Shown here one piece after another: positions 49,276 through 64,000 of a stretch of 64,000 nt of DNA (position 1 is its first letter; every line of letters starts with the position of its first letter). The position numbers were made by a program, and so were the translations under genes. Below the pieces are notes generated by a model. It saw only the letters and a list, made by a program, of their open reading frames with translations, had not been told where the DNA came from and ran no database searches. The stretch lies in NCBI RefSeq assembly GCF_009914755.1, contig NC_060929.1; one strand, given 5' to 3'. This DNA comes from the human T2T-CHM13v2.0 reference genome, Homo sapiens.

Positions 49276-51447
49276 CAATCAGTTGATGTAATTCACCATA
49301 TTAATAGAATAAAGAAGAAAAAATATATAATCATTTTAATAGACACAGAAAAGGTATTTGGCAAATTTCAACACCCTTTCATGGTAAAACTCTCAACAAA
49401 TAGGATGGAAAAGAGAATCCTCAATCTGATAAAGGACACCCGTGGAAAACCTAGAGCTAACATCACACATCATATTGAAATATTGAGTATTTCCCCTCCA
49501 AAGACAAAGGGATGGTCTGCATTTATCACATATATTCAACAAAGTACCGGAAATCCTAGTCATTACAATAAGGCAAGAAAAAAAATACAAAGCAAGATTG
49601 GAAAGGAGGAAGTAAAACTGTATTTACCCATCAACATGATTGTGCATATAGAAAAGTTTAAGGAATCCCAAATAAACTACTGAGACAAATAAGTGAATTT
49701 AGCAAAATTATAGAAAATAAGGTCAATATTAAAGAATCAATTGTATTTCTAGATACTAGCCAAGATCCCTTGGATATGAAATTAAAGAAACAATTACATT
49801 CACAACAGCACCAAAAAATATGAAATAGGGATAAATTAAACTGTTCAATGTCCTTAGTCTTGTCCTTAGTCTTCAGGAAACTGCAAGTTAAAATCACAAT
49901 GATATACCTCTGCAAACCCACTAAAATGACTAAAATTATATACTTAATCATACAACCCAGCCATTTTCTCCTAGATATTTGCCCAAGAGAAATGAATACT
50001 ACATAAAGATTTACATACAAATGTCCATAGCAGCTTTACTCAAAATAGCCCTAAAGTGGATACAATCCGAATGTTCATCAGCAAAAAAATGGATAAACTA
50101 ATTGTGGTGTATTCATAAAATGAAATAAAACTCAGTTGGGGAAAAACAGAAAACACAAGTTACACATGCATGCAACAACATCGATGAATCTCAAAAAGTT
50201 TATGCTAAGTAAGAAAGCCAGGCCAAAAAGAGTACACACTGTTTACAGAATAATCTGAAAAAGGCAAAAGCAATCTATCATGTTAGAAAGCAGATCAGTT
50301 GCTTGCGACTCAGGTTGGAGGCAGAACTGACTGAAAAGAGGTATTAGGGAGGCCTGTGGGTGACGGGGAGAATGCTCCATATCTTATAGTAGTGGTTTAC
50401 TCAAGCATATACGTTCATCAAGATTGTATGCTTAGAATGGGTGCATTTTATCGTATGTAAATTATAACTCACTGTAGTTCTTTAAAGGTAGCTTCATAAG
50501 AAAAAGAACTAATCCATGGCTGACAATAGTATTTTTCATTACAGAGCTTAGAAAAGAGGGGCTCTTAGGGGTACATCATTGAAAAACTTTTTTTTTTCAA
50601 CTACAAACCCAATTCCACTGTGTGTTACAAATTAACATGGCTGATAAAAGCATTCTGGTTAGCCTGATAAGAAAGATAAATAAATCACACTGAAATCAAA
50701 CCACTAGGATTCTTGTTAGGCTCAAGAGCTGGTAAAGAAGCCCTGTCCCTCAGGAATATAGTGGTGCTGGAGATGCAACCACCACAGAAAATAAAACCCA
50801 AAGGGCTGGGGAAGAGGTGAAAAGAGGATAGTGTGAATACCAACCTGGATCCTTTGCTGGGAACTCTTGTTATCTTGTTCTGTATTTATCCAGTGCTGTA
50901 TTTAGAAAAGATTAAATCAAAACTGTGAAATTAAAACATGATGAGTGACAGTTCTGAGAGACAACAGCTGTGGCACTAGATTTTCATCATGTCAGGCCTG
51001 AGATCTGTATTTCAGGTCACTTTTTTCCATTGGCACTGATCCTGAAGGACAAAAATTATCTTTCTATTGGCTCTTTTCTAAACCACCTGTTGCCTCCATG
51101 AGGTAGAAGATTAATAGAGTTTAAATGGGAAGTGAGCCATTTCAAAGGTCTGGGTTGAATGGGGTCTTCATAGAGCACTCACCTCAGGAGTTTAGGCAAA
51201 ATATTATCTGGTGTCACCAGCAATAATAATTTCCATGTGTTGTATTCCCCTTCTAGGTAGAGAAAACTTTTGAATCACAATACACATTTCAAATGCAAAC
51301 CCACAATTAGAGAGTTGAACAAATATCTATTGTTTTCTAAGGTATATGAAAAAATATATCTTTTGAAACAGTTATTCCTAATCATTGTCAAATAAATCCC
51401 AAGTAACTAATTTAAGGCATTATGAGAATGTACCTTTCTTCCTTCTT

Positions 51448-51758
51448 TTTTTTGAGATGAAGTCTCGCTCTGTCACCCAGGCTGGAGTGCAATGGCGCGA
51501 TATCGGCCATTCTATGGGTGTATTTTATTGTATTCACTGCAACCTCCGCCTCCTGGGTTCAAGCGATTTTCCTGCCTCAGCCTCCTGAGTAGCTGGGATT
51601 ACAGGCGCCCGCCACCACGCCCGGCTTTTTTTGTATTTTTAGTAGAGACGAGGTTTCACCTTGTTGGCCAGGCTGGTCTTGAACTCCTGACCTCGTGATC
51701 CACCCACGTTGGCCTCCCAAAGTGCTGGGATTACAGGCATGAGCCACCACACCTGGCC
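51448..51758 (-). mobile_element. Alu (AluSg-like) with a 26-nt non-Alu insertion
   Basis: TSD ccttt(c/t)ttccttctt at 51433-51447 and 51759-51773. Confidence 0.95.
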
Positions 51759-51785
51759 CCTTTTTTCCTTCTTAATAAATGCCTA

Positions 51786-52081
51786 GGCCAGGGGTGGTGG
51801 CTCATGCCTGTAATCCCAGCACTTGGGGAGGCCCAGGCATGTGGATCACTTGAGGTCAGAAGTTGGAGACCAGCCTGGCCAACATGGTGAAACCCCATCT
51901 CTACTGAAAATACAAAAATTAGCCAGGCATGGTGGCGCACACCTATAATCCCAGCTACTCAGGAGGCCGAAGCATGATAATCACTTGAACCCGGAAAGCG
52001 GAGGTTGCAGTGAGCCGAGATGGTGCCACTGCATTCCGGCCTGGGCAGCAGAATGAGACTCCATCTCAAGAAAAAAAAAAA
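51786..52081 (+). mobile_element. Alu (AluS)
   Basis: Full dimer, head-to-head with the previous Alu. Confidence 0.95.
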
Positions 52082-52139
52082 TGTGTAATTTCAAAAGTCA
52101 TGAAACTACCCTTGTCTGTAAAATAAGGTCTTGATAAAT

Positions 52140-52570
52140 GGTTAAATATCAATATTTGGATAAGCTGATTCTGGCATATCTGTATGATGGAATACTATCA
52201 GCAATAAAAAGGAACAGACTACTGATGTACTCAGGAAAACTGATAAATCTCAAATTCATTACGCTAAATGAAAAAAAAAAGCCTACATACTCTCTGATAA
52301 CAGTTACATGGAATTCTGGAAGAGGCAAAATTATACAGAAAAAAAAAACAGATGAGTGATTTCCAGGGGCTGCAGGGCAGGGGTGTGTTTGACTTCAAAA
52401 GGATACGAGGTTGGAGGGAGGTAGGAGGGACTTTGAGGAGTGAAGGAACTACTTGGTATTTTGATTGTGGTGGTGGTTACATGACTGTATGCGTTTGTCA
52501 AAGCTTACAAAACTATGCACTAAAATGCATAAAAATTACTGTACCTAAATCATACTTTATCTTTTTCAAA
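52140..52570 (+). mobile_element. L1M 3' end
   Basis: atggaatactatcagcaataaaaaggaac...ttgattgtggtggtggttacatgactgtatgcgtttgtcaaa. Confidence 0.8.
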
Positions 52571-53263
52571 ATAATATTTCAAAGAACTATTTTTTAAAAA
52601 ATGTGTTTTAATTTGAAGGAGGTATTTATGGTCATCACAGGTACTGCAGATCTGGAAATCCTCATTACACTCTAAATGTGCAAAATGAGTCATCAGGCTG
52701 TTCTATTAATAGAAAGTGAACTGCATGAACCACAATATTTTAGTAAGGATATAAGCCTTATGAAGAGTTGTAGATACCATTGTTGCGGGGAGTTTGCTTT
52801 GTTTTGTTTTGTTTTGTTTTGTTTTCACCTGTGTTTAGATGTAGTGAGTAAGAATGAGATGTATTGTATATTTGAAATTTGCTCTTTTACATTTAAGGAA
52901 TTAGGACATTGGATTGAAAGAAAACTAGGAATTTTTCACCAGTAGATTGCTACATTTAGTTTTGGAATGCTCTATATGTGTCTTTTAATTATCTTCATAA
53001 ATTGTTAAAAGTGGATAGATTGTTTAGCTTGTGCCTATAAATCCTAGCTTTACAACCTGAAAATGTATTTACACACCTATTTCTTCATCTTTTTCTCTGA
53101 TAAAGCTCTAATAAGTTTATCAGAGAAATTCTATTGAAGAGCCATGAATTTTCCAACTGAAAGTTTCTGCTAAATGATGAGCAGAATAAATGGAATACCC
53201 ATAAGTAAAAACAATACCCTAAAATTACAGAAAGCTAGGAATAGCTAAACTAAAAATAAAGAA

Positions 53264-53345
53264 TAGGCTGCTCTGCCTGTAGAGTAGCCATTCTTTTATT
53301 CCTTTACTTTCCTAATAAACTTGCTTTCACTTAAAACAAAAATAG
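53264..53345 (+). mobile_element. MER41-like LTR fragment ending in an A tail (processed retrocopy)
   Basis: ctgctctgcctgtagagtagccattcttttattcctttactttcctaataaacttgctttcactt, then an A-rich tail; aataaagaa on both sides. Confidence 0.7.
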
Positions 53346-53357
53346 AATAAAGAAGTA

Positions 53358-53492
53358 TGGGTGCAGTGGCTCATGCCTGTAATCTCAACATTTTGGGAGG
53401 CCAGGATAGGAGGATCATTTGAGCCCAGGAGTTCAAGACCAGATTAGGCAGCACAGCAAGACCCCCTCTTTGAAAAAAAAAAAAAAGAAGAA
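53358..53492 (+). mobile_element. FLAM_C-like monomer
   Basis: Left monomer with A tail. Confidence 0.85.
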
Positions 53493-53499
53493 GAATAAA

Positions 53500-55619
<2,120 letters not shown>

Positions 55620-55662
55620 ATACTACATTATTTTCTCTGCCATGAAGAGTATTCATACAGTC

Positions 55663-56275
<613 letters not shown>

Positions 56276-56893
56276 CAGTCTTAATAATGCAAATGGTAAG
56301 ACTTTTTTTACTTTCATTGTCAACCTATAGACAAATCTCAAAACAGTTAATTATATAAATGTCATCAACCTCAATAAGGTCAAGGGACACACAGATGACA
56401 GAATTTAACAGGTACAAAGAGAAAAGACAGGTAAAGAGAAAGACAGGTGTGCATACCCTCTTCCAACGAAGTAGGTATTCACATTGTCATTGATTTTTTT
56501 TTTAATTGGTTGAGTCTTAAGTATTTTACTTAAAGTCATAGGTGGTATAAGAGAGCTCAATCCTCACCTATCGTAGGCAGGAAACCAATGAATTTGGTTG
56601 AATGTAGTTGCAGGCACATAATATGCACTAAAAAATGTCATTTCCCTTACTTTGGTCAAAATCCATTAACGCATTCTGTGTAAGTGTGGAGTCCTTATCA
56701 TGGCATTCATGATTCACTGTAATCTCAAAATCAGTTACCATTTTGGATTTACTTTCCTTATATGCCCCCTACACTCCAGTGAAATGAAACCGTATCCACC
56801 ATGCAGCCATTGATGCAAGCATGTCAAGAGAGGGAGACTTACAAGAGTAAGCAGTAAGGGTTCTGAGAAGCTGATATACCTTGGTCAAATTAA

Positions 56894-57323
<430 letters not shown>

Positions 57324-57632
57324 TCCAGCATTAGCAAATTTTGACCATCTCTACAGAGACTGAATAATAAATAAATAAATGCTAAATTTTATGAGGAGAA
57401 CTCAAAGCACACACAATTAGTGTTAGTCAATATGAAAGCTTTAGGCTAATATTATTTCTTTGCTTGCAGAAAAAAGATCACATTTAGCCTGGCATAACAA
57501 TGACTCTGTTTCTATTATGCCAATTAGACCCTTGGTAAACTAGCTCTAATGAGGAACCTTGGAGCACTTTTTATTAATCTTAATATCACAATTATCATGA
57601 AAACCATTTGGAGACAACATAAAGATTATTGG

Positions 57633-58240
57633 GGCCAGGTGCAGTAGCTCATGCCTGTAATCCCAGCATTTGAGGAGGCCTAGATGAGGGGATCGCTTGA
57701 GCCCAGGAGTTCAAGACCAGCCTGGGCAACATGGTAAGACCCCATCTCTACAAAAGAATAAGTAAATAGGCCAGGTGAAGTGGCTCACACCTGTAATTCC
57801 AGCACTTTGGGTAAGGCCAAGGCGGGTGGATCACCTGTGGTCAGGAGTTCGAGACCAGCCCAGCCAACATGGCAAAACCCTGTCTCTACTAAAAATACAA
57901 AAATTACCTGGGTGTGGTGGCACGCACCTGAAATCCCAGCTACTCAGGAGGCTGAGGTGGGAGAATCACTTGAACCCAGGAGGCGGAGGTTGCATTGAGC
58001 CAAGACTGAGCCACTGCACTCTAGCCTGGGAGACAGAACGAGACTCCATCTTAAATAAATAAATAAATAAATAAAATTAGCTGGGCATGGTGGTGTGTGC
58101 CTGTGCTTCCAGCTATTTGGGAGGCTAAGGCAGGAGGATTGCTTGAGCCCAGGAGGTCAAGGCTGTGGTGAGCCATGTTTGTACCACTGCACTTCAGCCT
58201 GGGCAACAGAGCAAGACCCTGTCTCAAAAAAAAAAAAAAG
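57633..58240 (+). mobile_element. AluJ split at its A-rich linker
   Basis: Left arm 57633-57768 and right arm about 58076-58240; TSD aaagattattgg at 57621-57632 and 58246-58257. Confidence 0.9.
57769..58075 (+). mobile_element. AluSx-like element nested in the AluJ linker
   Basis: Full dimer with (TAAA)n tail. Confidence 0.95.
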
Positions 58241-58356
58241 GTTTAAAAGATTATTGGTGTCTTCAAGTAGCATAATAATAGAGATTTTCTCATTTTCACC
58301 CACTGGCAATTTGGGTAGTTAGAAAGGAAAAATGACTCAGCTTGAAATACAGGGCT

Positions 58357-58545
58357 AGCTGGATGCAGTGGTGCATGTCTGTAGTCCCAGCTACTAAGGA
58401 GGCTGAGGCAGGTGGCTAGCTTGAGTGCAGAAGTTCAAGGCTGTAATGTGCCATAATTGCACCTGTGAATAGCCACTGCACTCCAGCCTGGGCAACACAG
58501 TGAGACCCTCCATCTCTAAAATAAATAAATAAGTAAATAAAAATG
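58357..58545 (+). mobile_element. FAM (fossil Alu monomer)
   Basis: Contains the cctgtgaatagccactgcactcc segment. Confidence 0.85.
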
Positions 58546-58907
58546 TAAAAAATATATAGGACAATAATGGTAAAATCCATTGAAACAAACTGAAAAAAGC
58601 TTCATTATATTTCAAGAGTGCATATTTTATTTATCATGAATGCAGACTACTATTTCAGGTGTCTTAGTGGGTGAGCAGTATGTGTTCTCTCCATCAGTAT
58701 CTTTGTTGCTTAGGTTTCTTTGTAAGCAATAGAAATCAACTGAGGCTAGCTCTGGGCCCATTAAAAATAATTTAAAGTAAGTTATAATTAACTAAAAATA
58801 ACAATATACAAGTTAAACATTGACACCTAAATTTTTTTAATAAAATAACATTTGGAAAGATACTAGGTAGCATTTCAAACAAAAGAAATAACTAAACAAT
58901 GGGGACT

Positions 58908-59150
58908 AGGTGGGCGGATCACCTGAGCTCAGGAGTTTGAGACCAGCCTGGCCAACATGGTGAAACCCCATCTCTTCTAAAAATACAAAACTTTACCAGG
59001 CATGGTGGTGGGCACCTGTAATCTCAGCTACTTGTGACGCTGAGGCAGGAGAATTGCTTGAACCCTGGAGGCAGAGGTTGTCACTCTACCCTGGGTGACA
59101 GAGTAAGACTCTGTCCCAAGAAAAAAAAAAAGAAACAAAACAAACAAAAA
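58908..59150 (+). mobile_element. 5'-truncated AluS with a right-arm deletion
   Basis: Starts aggtgggcggatcacctgag; gaggttg|tcactcta marks the deletion. Confidence 0.9.
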
Positions 59151-59503
59151 ACCAAGGGGGACTTGTGGAGGATAGCAACTAGGGTTGCTCTGGGATTCTC
59201 AGTGGTAAAACAAACAAAATATCTGGTTGGTGTCTCTGATCACTACCACTAAAATGACTCAGCTTCAACCACCTTCTTCATTTTTGAGACTATACTCCAT
59301 ATTCAGATGGCTAGGACAAAAATAGCCCTGTGTTTCAACCTTGGGGGAAGGGACGAGGGGAAGGCAAACACTGTGGCTGAGAGTTCTACACAGAAATGTT
59401 GGCCAGGATGACCTGAGGCTTCTCAAAGGAAAGAGGGAGAATTAATGCTGGGCAGACAAAAAGAGATTCCTACTACAAACTGTCAAGGGCTTTTAAAATG
59501 ACA

Positions 59504-60976
<1,473 letters not shown>

Positions 60977-61119
60977 TAAAATGACATTACTACCTTGAAG
61001 CTGCCCCTCTGGTCCTACTCTTATCCTTTCCTGGAATTATAAGGATTCCCTTCTCTTTTTTGCCCTGGTCCTATGATATTTTTGGTTTATCTGTCAATGT
61101 GATTATAATTTTAGCTATA

Positions 61120-61297
61120 ATTTTTTTTTTCACTTTTTTTTTTTTCCCTGAGACAGGGTCTTGCTCTGTTACTCAGGCTGGAGTGCAGTGGCGCGATCTC
61201 AGCTCACTGCAACCTCCACCTCCTGGGTTCGAGCAATTCACCCTGCCTTACTTAGCCTCTCAAGTAGCTGGGATTACAGGCGTGAGCCACCAAGCCC
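61120..61297 (-). mobile_element. Alu right-monomer-length fragment
   Basis: Antisense; gagacagggtcttgctctg...gattacaggcgtgagccacc. Confidence 0.85.
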
Positions 61298-61514
61298 TGA
61301 TTTTTCCCTTTTTTTTAGAGCTTACTTTCTATGGTCAAACTAACCCTTTGTGGTAGAAATTTGTCTTGCCTTGTACCATAGGTAGATTTAAACATGTGAG
61401 ATTTTGTATGCTTGTCCAGAGGTATGCCATAGCTTTGACTATTATTATTAATAACTACTGAGTTCTTACTTTCAACTTGGCATGATGTTATAAGAGATGC
61501 TAAGTTGCCCTTGA

Positions 61515-61852
<338 letters not shown>

Positions 61853-61945
61853 ATGATCAGCTTATTTTAAAATAATGCTTATTTTTTAAGTTATTTTTCA
61901 CATAATGCATTTCAACTTATTGGTAATAAAATCTCCACATCTCCC

Positions 61946-62389
61946 TATTATGGGATAACTTGTGTTCCCCCAAAGTAATTTGTTGACATCCTATACCCAA
62001 GTACCTGTCCATGTGACCTTATCTGAAAATAGGACCTTTGCAGATATAATCAATTTACAGTGTATTCACTGGGCCCTAATCCAACATAACTGGTGTCCTT
62101 ATAAGAAGACGACGTAAAAGACAGGCACTCAGGGAGAATGCCATGTGACCACAGGAGCAAAGGCTGAAGTAATACAGCTACAAACCCAGGAGCTGCAAGT
62201 ACCCATGGTCACCCCTGGAAGCTAGGAAGATACAAGGAAGGATTCTACCCAGAGTTTCAGAAGGAACATGGCTCTGCCGACTTCTTCACTTTGGACTCTG
62301 GTTTCCAGAACTGTGAGAGAATAAATTTCTATTGTTTTAATCACCCAGTTTGTGGTATTTTGTTATTGCAACCCTAGGAAACTAATACA
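61946..62389 (+). mobile_element. MLT1C solo LTR
   Basis: atgtgaccttat...ctttgcagat...ggtgtccttataagaaga...ccagaactgtgagagaataaatttct...ctaggaaactaataca. Confidence 0.85.
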
Positions 62390-62469
62390 TGTCCCCTCCA
62401 CAACCAGACTCGTTTCTTCTTCTTTCTTCCTCCACCAGCCTTAGATTGTAACTCTTACAATTACTGTAA

Positions 62470-62610
62470 GAGTGGTTCCTGAATTTTAATACACACACAT
62501 CACCTGGGGATCTTGCTAACAAGCACATTCTGATTTGGTAGTTATGGACGGGGTCTGAGAGTCTGTTCCCAGGTGATGCTGGACCAAGGACCAAGCTTGG
62601 AGAAGCAAGG
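62470..62610. mobile_element. MER5A-like fragment
   Basis: atcacctggggatcttgctaa...cccaggtgatgctgg...ttggagaagca. Confidence 0.65.
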
Positions 62611-62628
62611 CTATAAAAAAGTCAACCA

Positions 62629-63353
62629 GGCCCAGTGCGGGAGCTCACACCTGCAATCCCAGCACTTTGGGAGGCTGAGGCGGGTGGATCACTTGAGGTC
62701 AAGAGTTTGAGACAAGCCTGGCGAACATGATGAAACCCCGACTCTACTAAAAATACAAAAATTAGCTGCGCGTCCCAGCTACTTGAGAGGCTGAGGCAGG
62801 AGAATCACTTGAATCTGGGAAGGGAGGCGGAGGTTGCAGTGAGCCGAGATCATGCCACTGCACTCCAGCCTGGGCGACAGAGCGAGACTCCGTCTCAAAA
62901 AAAAAATAAATAAATAAAACTAAATTAAATTTTAAAAATTAGCTGGGCGTTGGCCGGGCACAGTGGCTCATGCCTGTAATCCCAGAACTTTGGGAAGCTG
63001 AGGCAGGCAGATCATGAGGTCAGGAGTTCAAGACCTGCCTGGCCAACATAGTGAAACCCCGTCTCTACTAAAAGTACAAAACTTAGCAGGGCATGGTGCC
63101 TGTAGTCCCGGCTACTCGGGGGGCTGAGGGAAGAGAATCTCTTAATCCAGGAGGCGGAGGTTGTGGTGAGCCAAGATCACACCACTGCCCTCCAGCCTGG
63201 GCAACAGAGCGAGACTCCGTCTCAAAAAATAAAAATAAAAATAAAAATAAATTAGCTGGGCATGGTGGTGTGCGCCTGCAATCCCAGCTACTCTAGAGAC
63301 TGAGACAAGAGAATCACTTGAACCTGGGAGGTGGAGGTTGCAGTGAGCCGAGA
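62629..63353 (+). mobile_element. Alu cluster: AluS 62629-62935, AluSg-like 62952-63248 inserted into an extra right arm (62936-62951 plus 63249-63353)
   Basis: TSD aaattagctgggc(g/a)t at 62936-62950 and 63249-63263. Confidence 0.85.
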
Positions 63354-63484
63354 TGTCTTTGTCAGGCATGTTTCAGATCTAGGATTTTTGGCTTTTTGCC
63401 ACAATGCTAGCAGAGATTAAATGGAAAAACCCAGTGGAACGAAAAGAAGTATTCATGGAACTTGTGTCTTGTGCCTCTCCCCTA

Positions 63485-63563
63485 AAGAAGAAAGAAGAAT
63501 GAGGAGGAGGAGGAGGAGGAGGAGAAGGGGGAGGGGGAGGGGGAGGGAAGGAAAAGAAAAGAA
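63485..63563 (+). repeat. Purine-rich (GGA)n/G-rich low-complexity tract
   Basis: gaggaggaggaggaggagga...gggggagggggagggggaggg. Confidence 0.9.
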
Positions 63564-63595
63564 GTAAACAAAATATCCAAGGGGAAAACAATTAC

Positions 63596-63733
63596 TTTTC
63601 TTTCTTTCTTTTAGAGACAGTGTCTTGCTATGTTGCCCAGGCTGGTCTTGAACACCTGGGCTCAAGCAATCCTCTCTCCCGCCTTGGCCTTCCAAAGTGT
63701 TGGGATTGCAGGCATGAGCCACCACACCTGACC
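63596..63733 (-). mobile_element. FLAM_C-like monomer
   Basis: Antisense left monomer. Confidence 0.85.
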
Positions 63734-64000
63734 TAAAAATTTCAAAATACACTTGAAGATTATTGTCCAATCAACTCCCTCTCCCCACCTGCACAAAAGA
63801 TTTAGAATACAAATATTTCAACCTTGTTTTCTAAATAAGTGAATTTATGAATATAATAGTGAGCTGATATTTTATGTGGTCACTTTTTTCTCTTTTTCCT
63901 TTTATCTCATCAAATTCCTTTTTAGCATAATTTTATTTTTAAAATGGTGATTTCCAAATGAAACACTGCAGACTGAGAGATGAATGAGCACCATAATGGA

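Noticed and set aside
63379-63591. Poly-proline ORF on the minus strand
   Set aside because: It is the translation of a (GGA)n/G-rich low-complexity tract.

Overview
This is a non-coding, repeat-dense stretch of hominine genomic DNA, most likely human, and either intronic or intergenic. The L1PA2, AluY/S/J, THE1 and MER41-like elements support this origin. I could not support any host protein-coding exon, RNA gene or CpG-island promoter. The longer ORFs in the track are explained by Alu, L1, THE1/MLT or ERV sequence, and the remaining short ORFs resemble nothing I recognise. The window holds about 55 Alu-family insertions, a complete THE1C provirus nested in a Tigger7/MER44 transposon, an ERVL pol/dUTPase remnant and a MER4-group ERV1 remnant with a recognisable env TM domain. 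It also contains several solo LTRs, old L1M/HAL1/L2/L3/MIR fragments, and a young 5'-inverted L1PA2 carrying a 3' transduction. I found no credible new biological system. The most interesting signals are molecular scars: the L1 transduction tagged with a MER33-like piece, a fold-back AluY hairpin, templated insertions inside Alus, a polyadenylated LTR retrocopy, and a cluster of template-switch-type events at about 43-51.5 kb. Repeat family names come from my recall of consensus sequences rather than a database run, and the boundaries of old elements are approximate.
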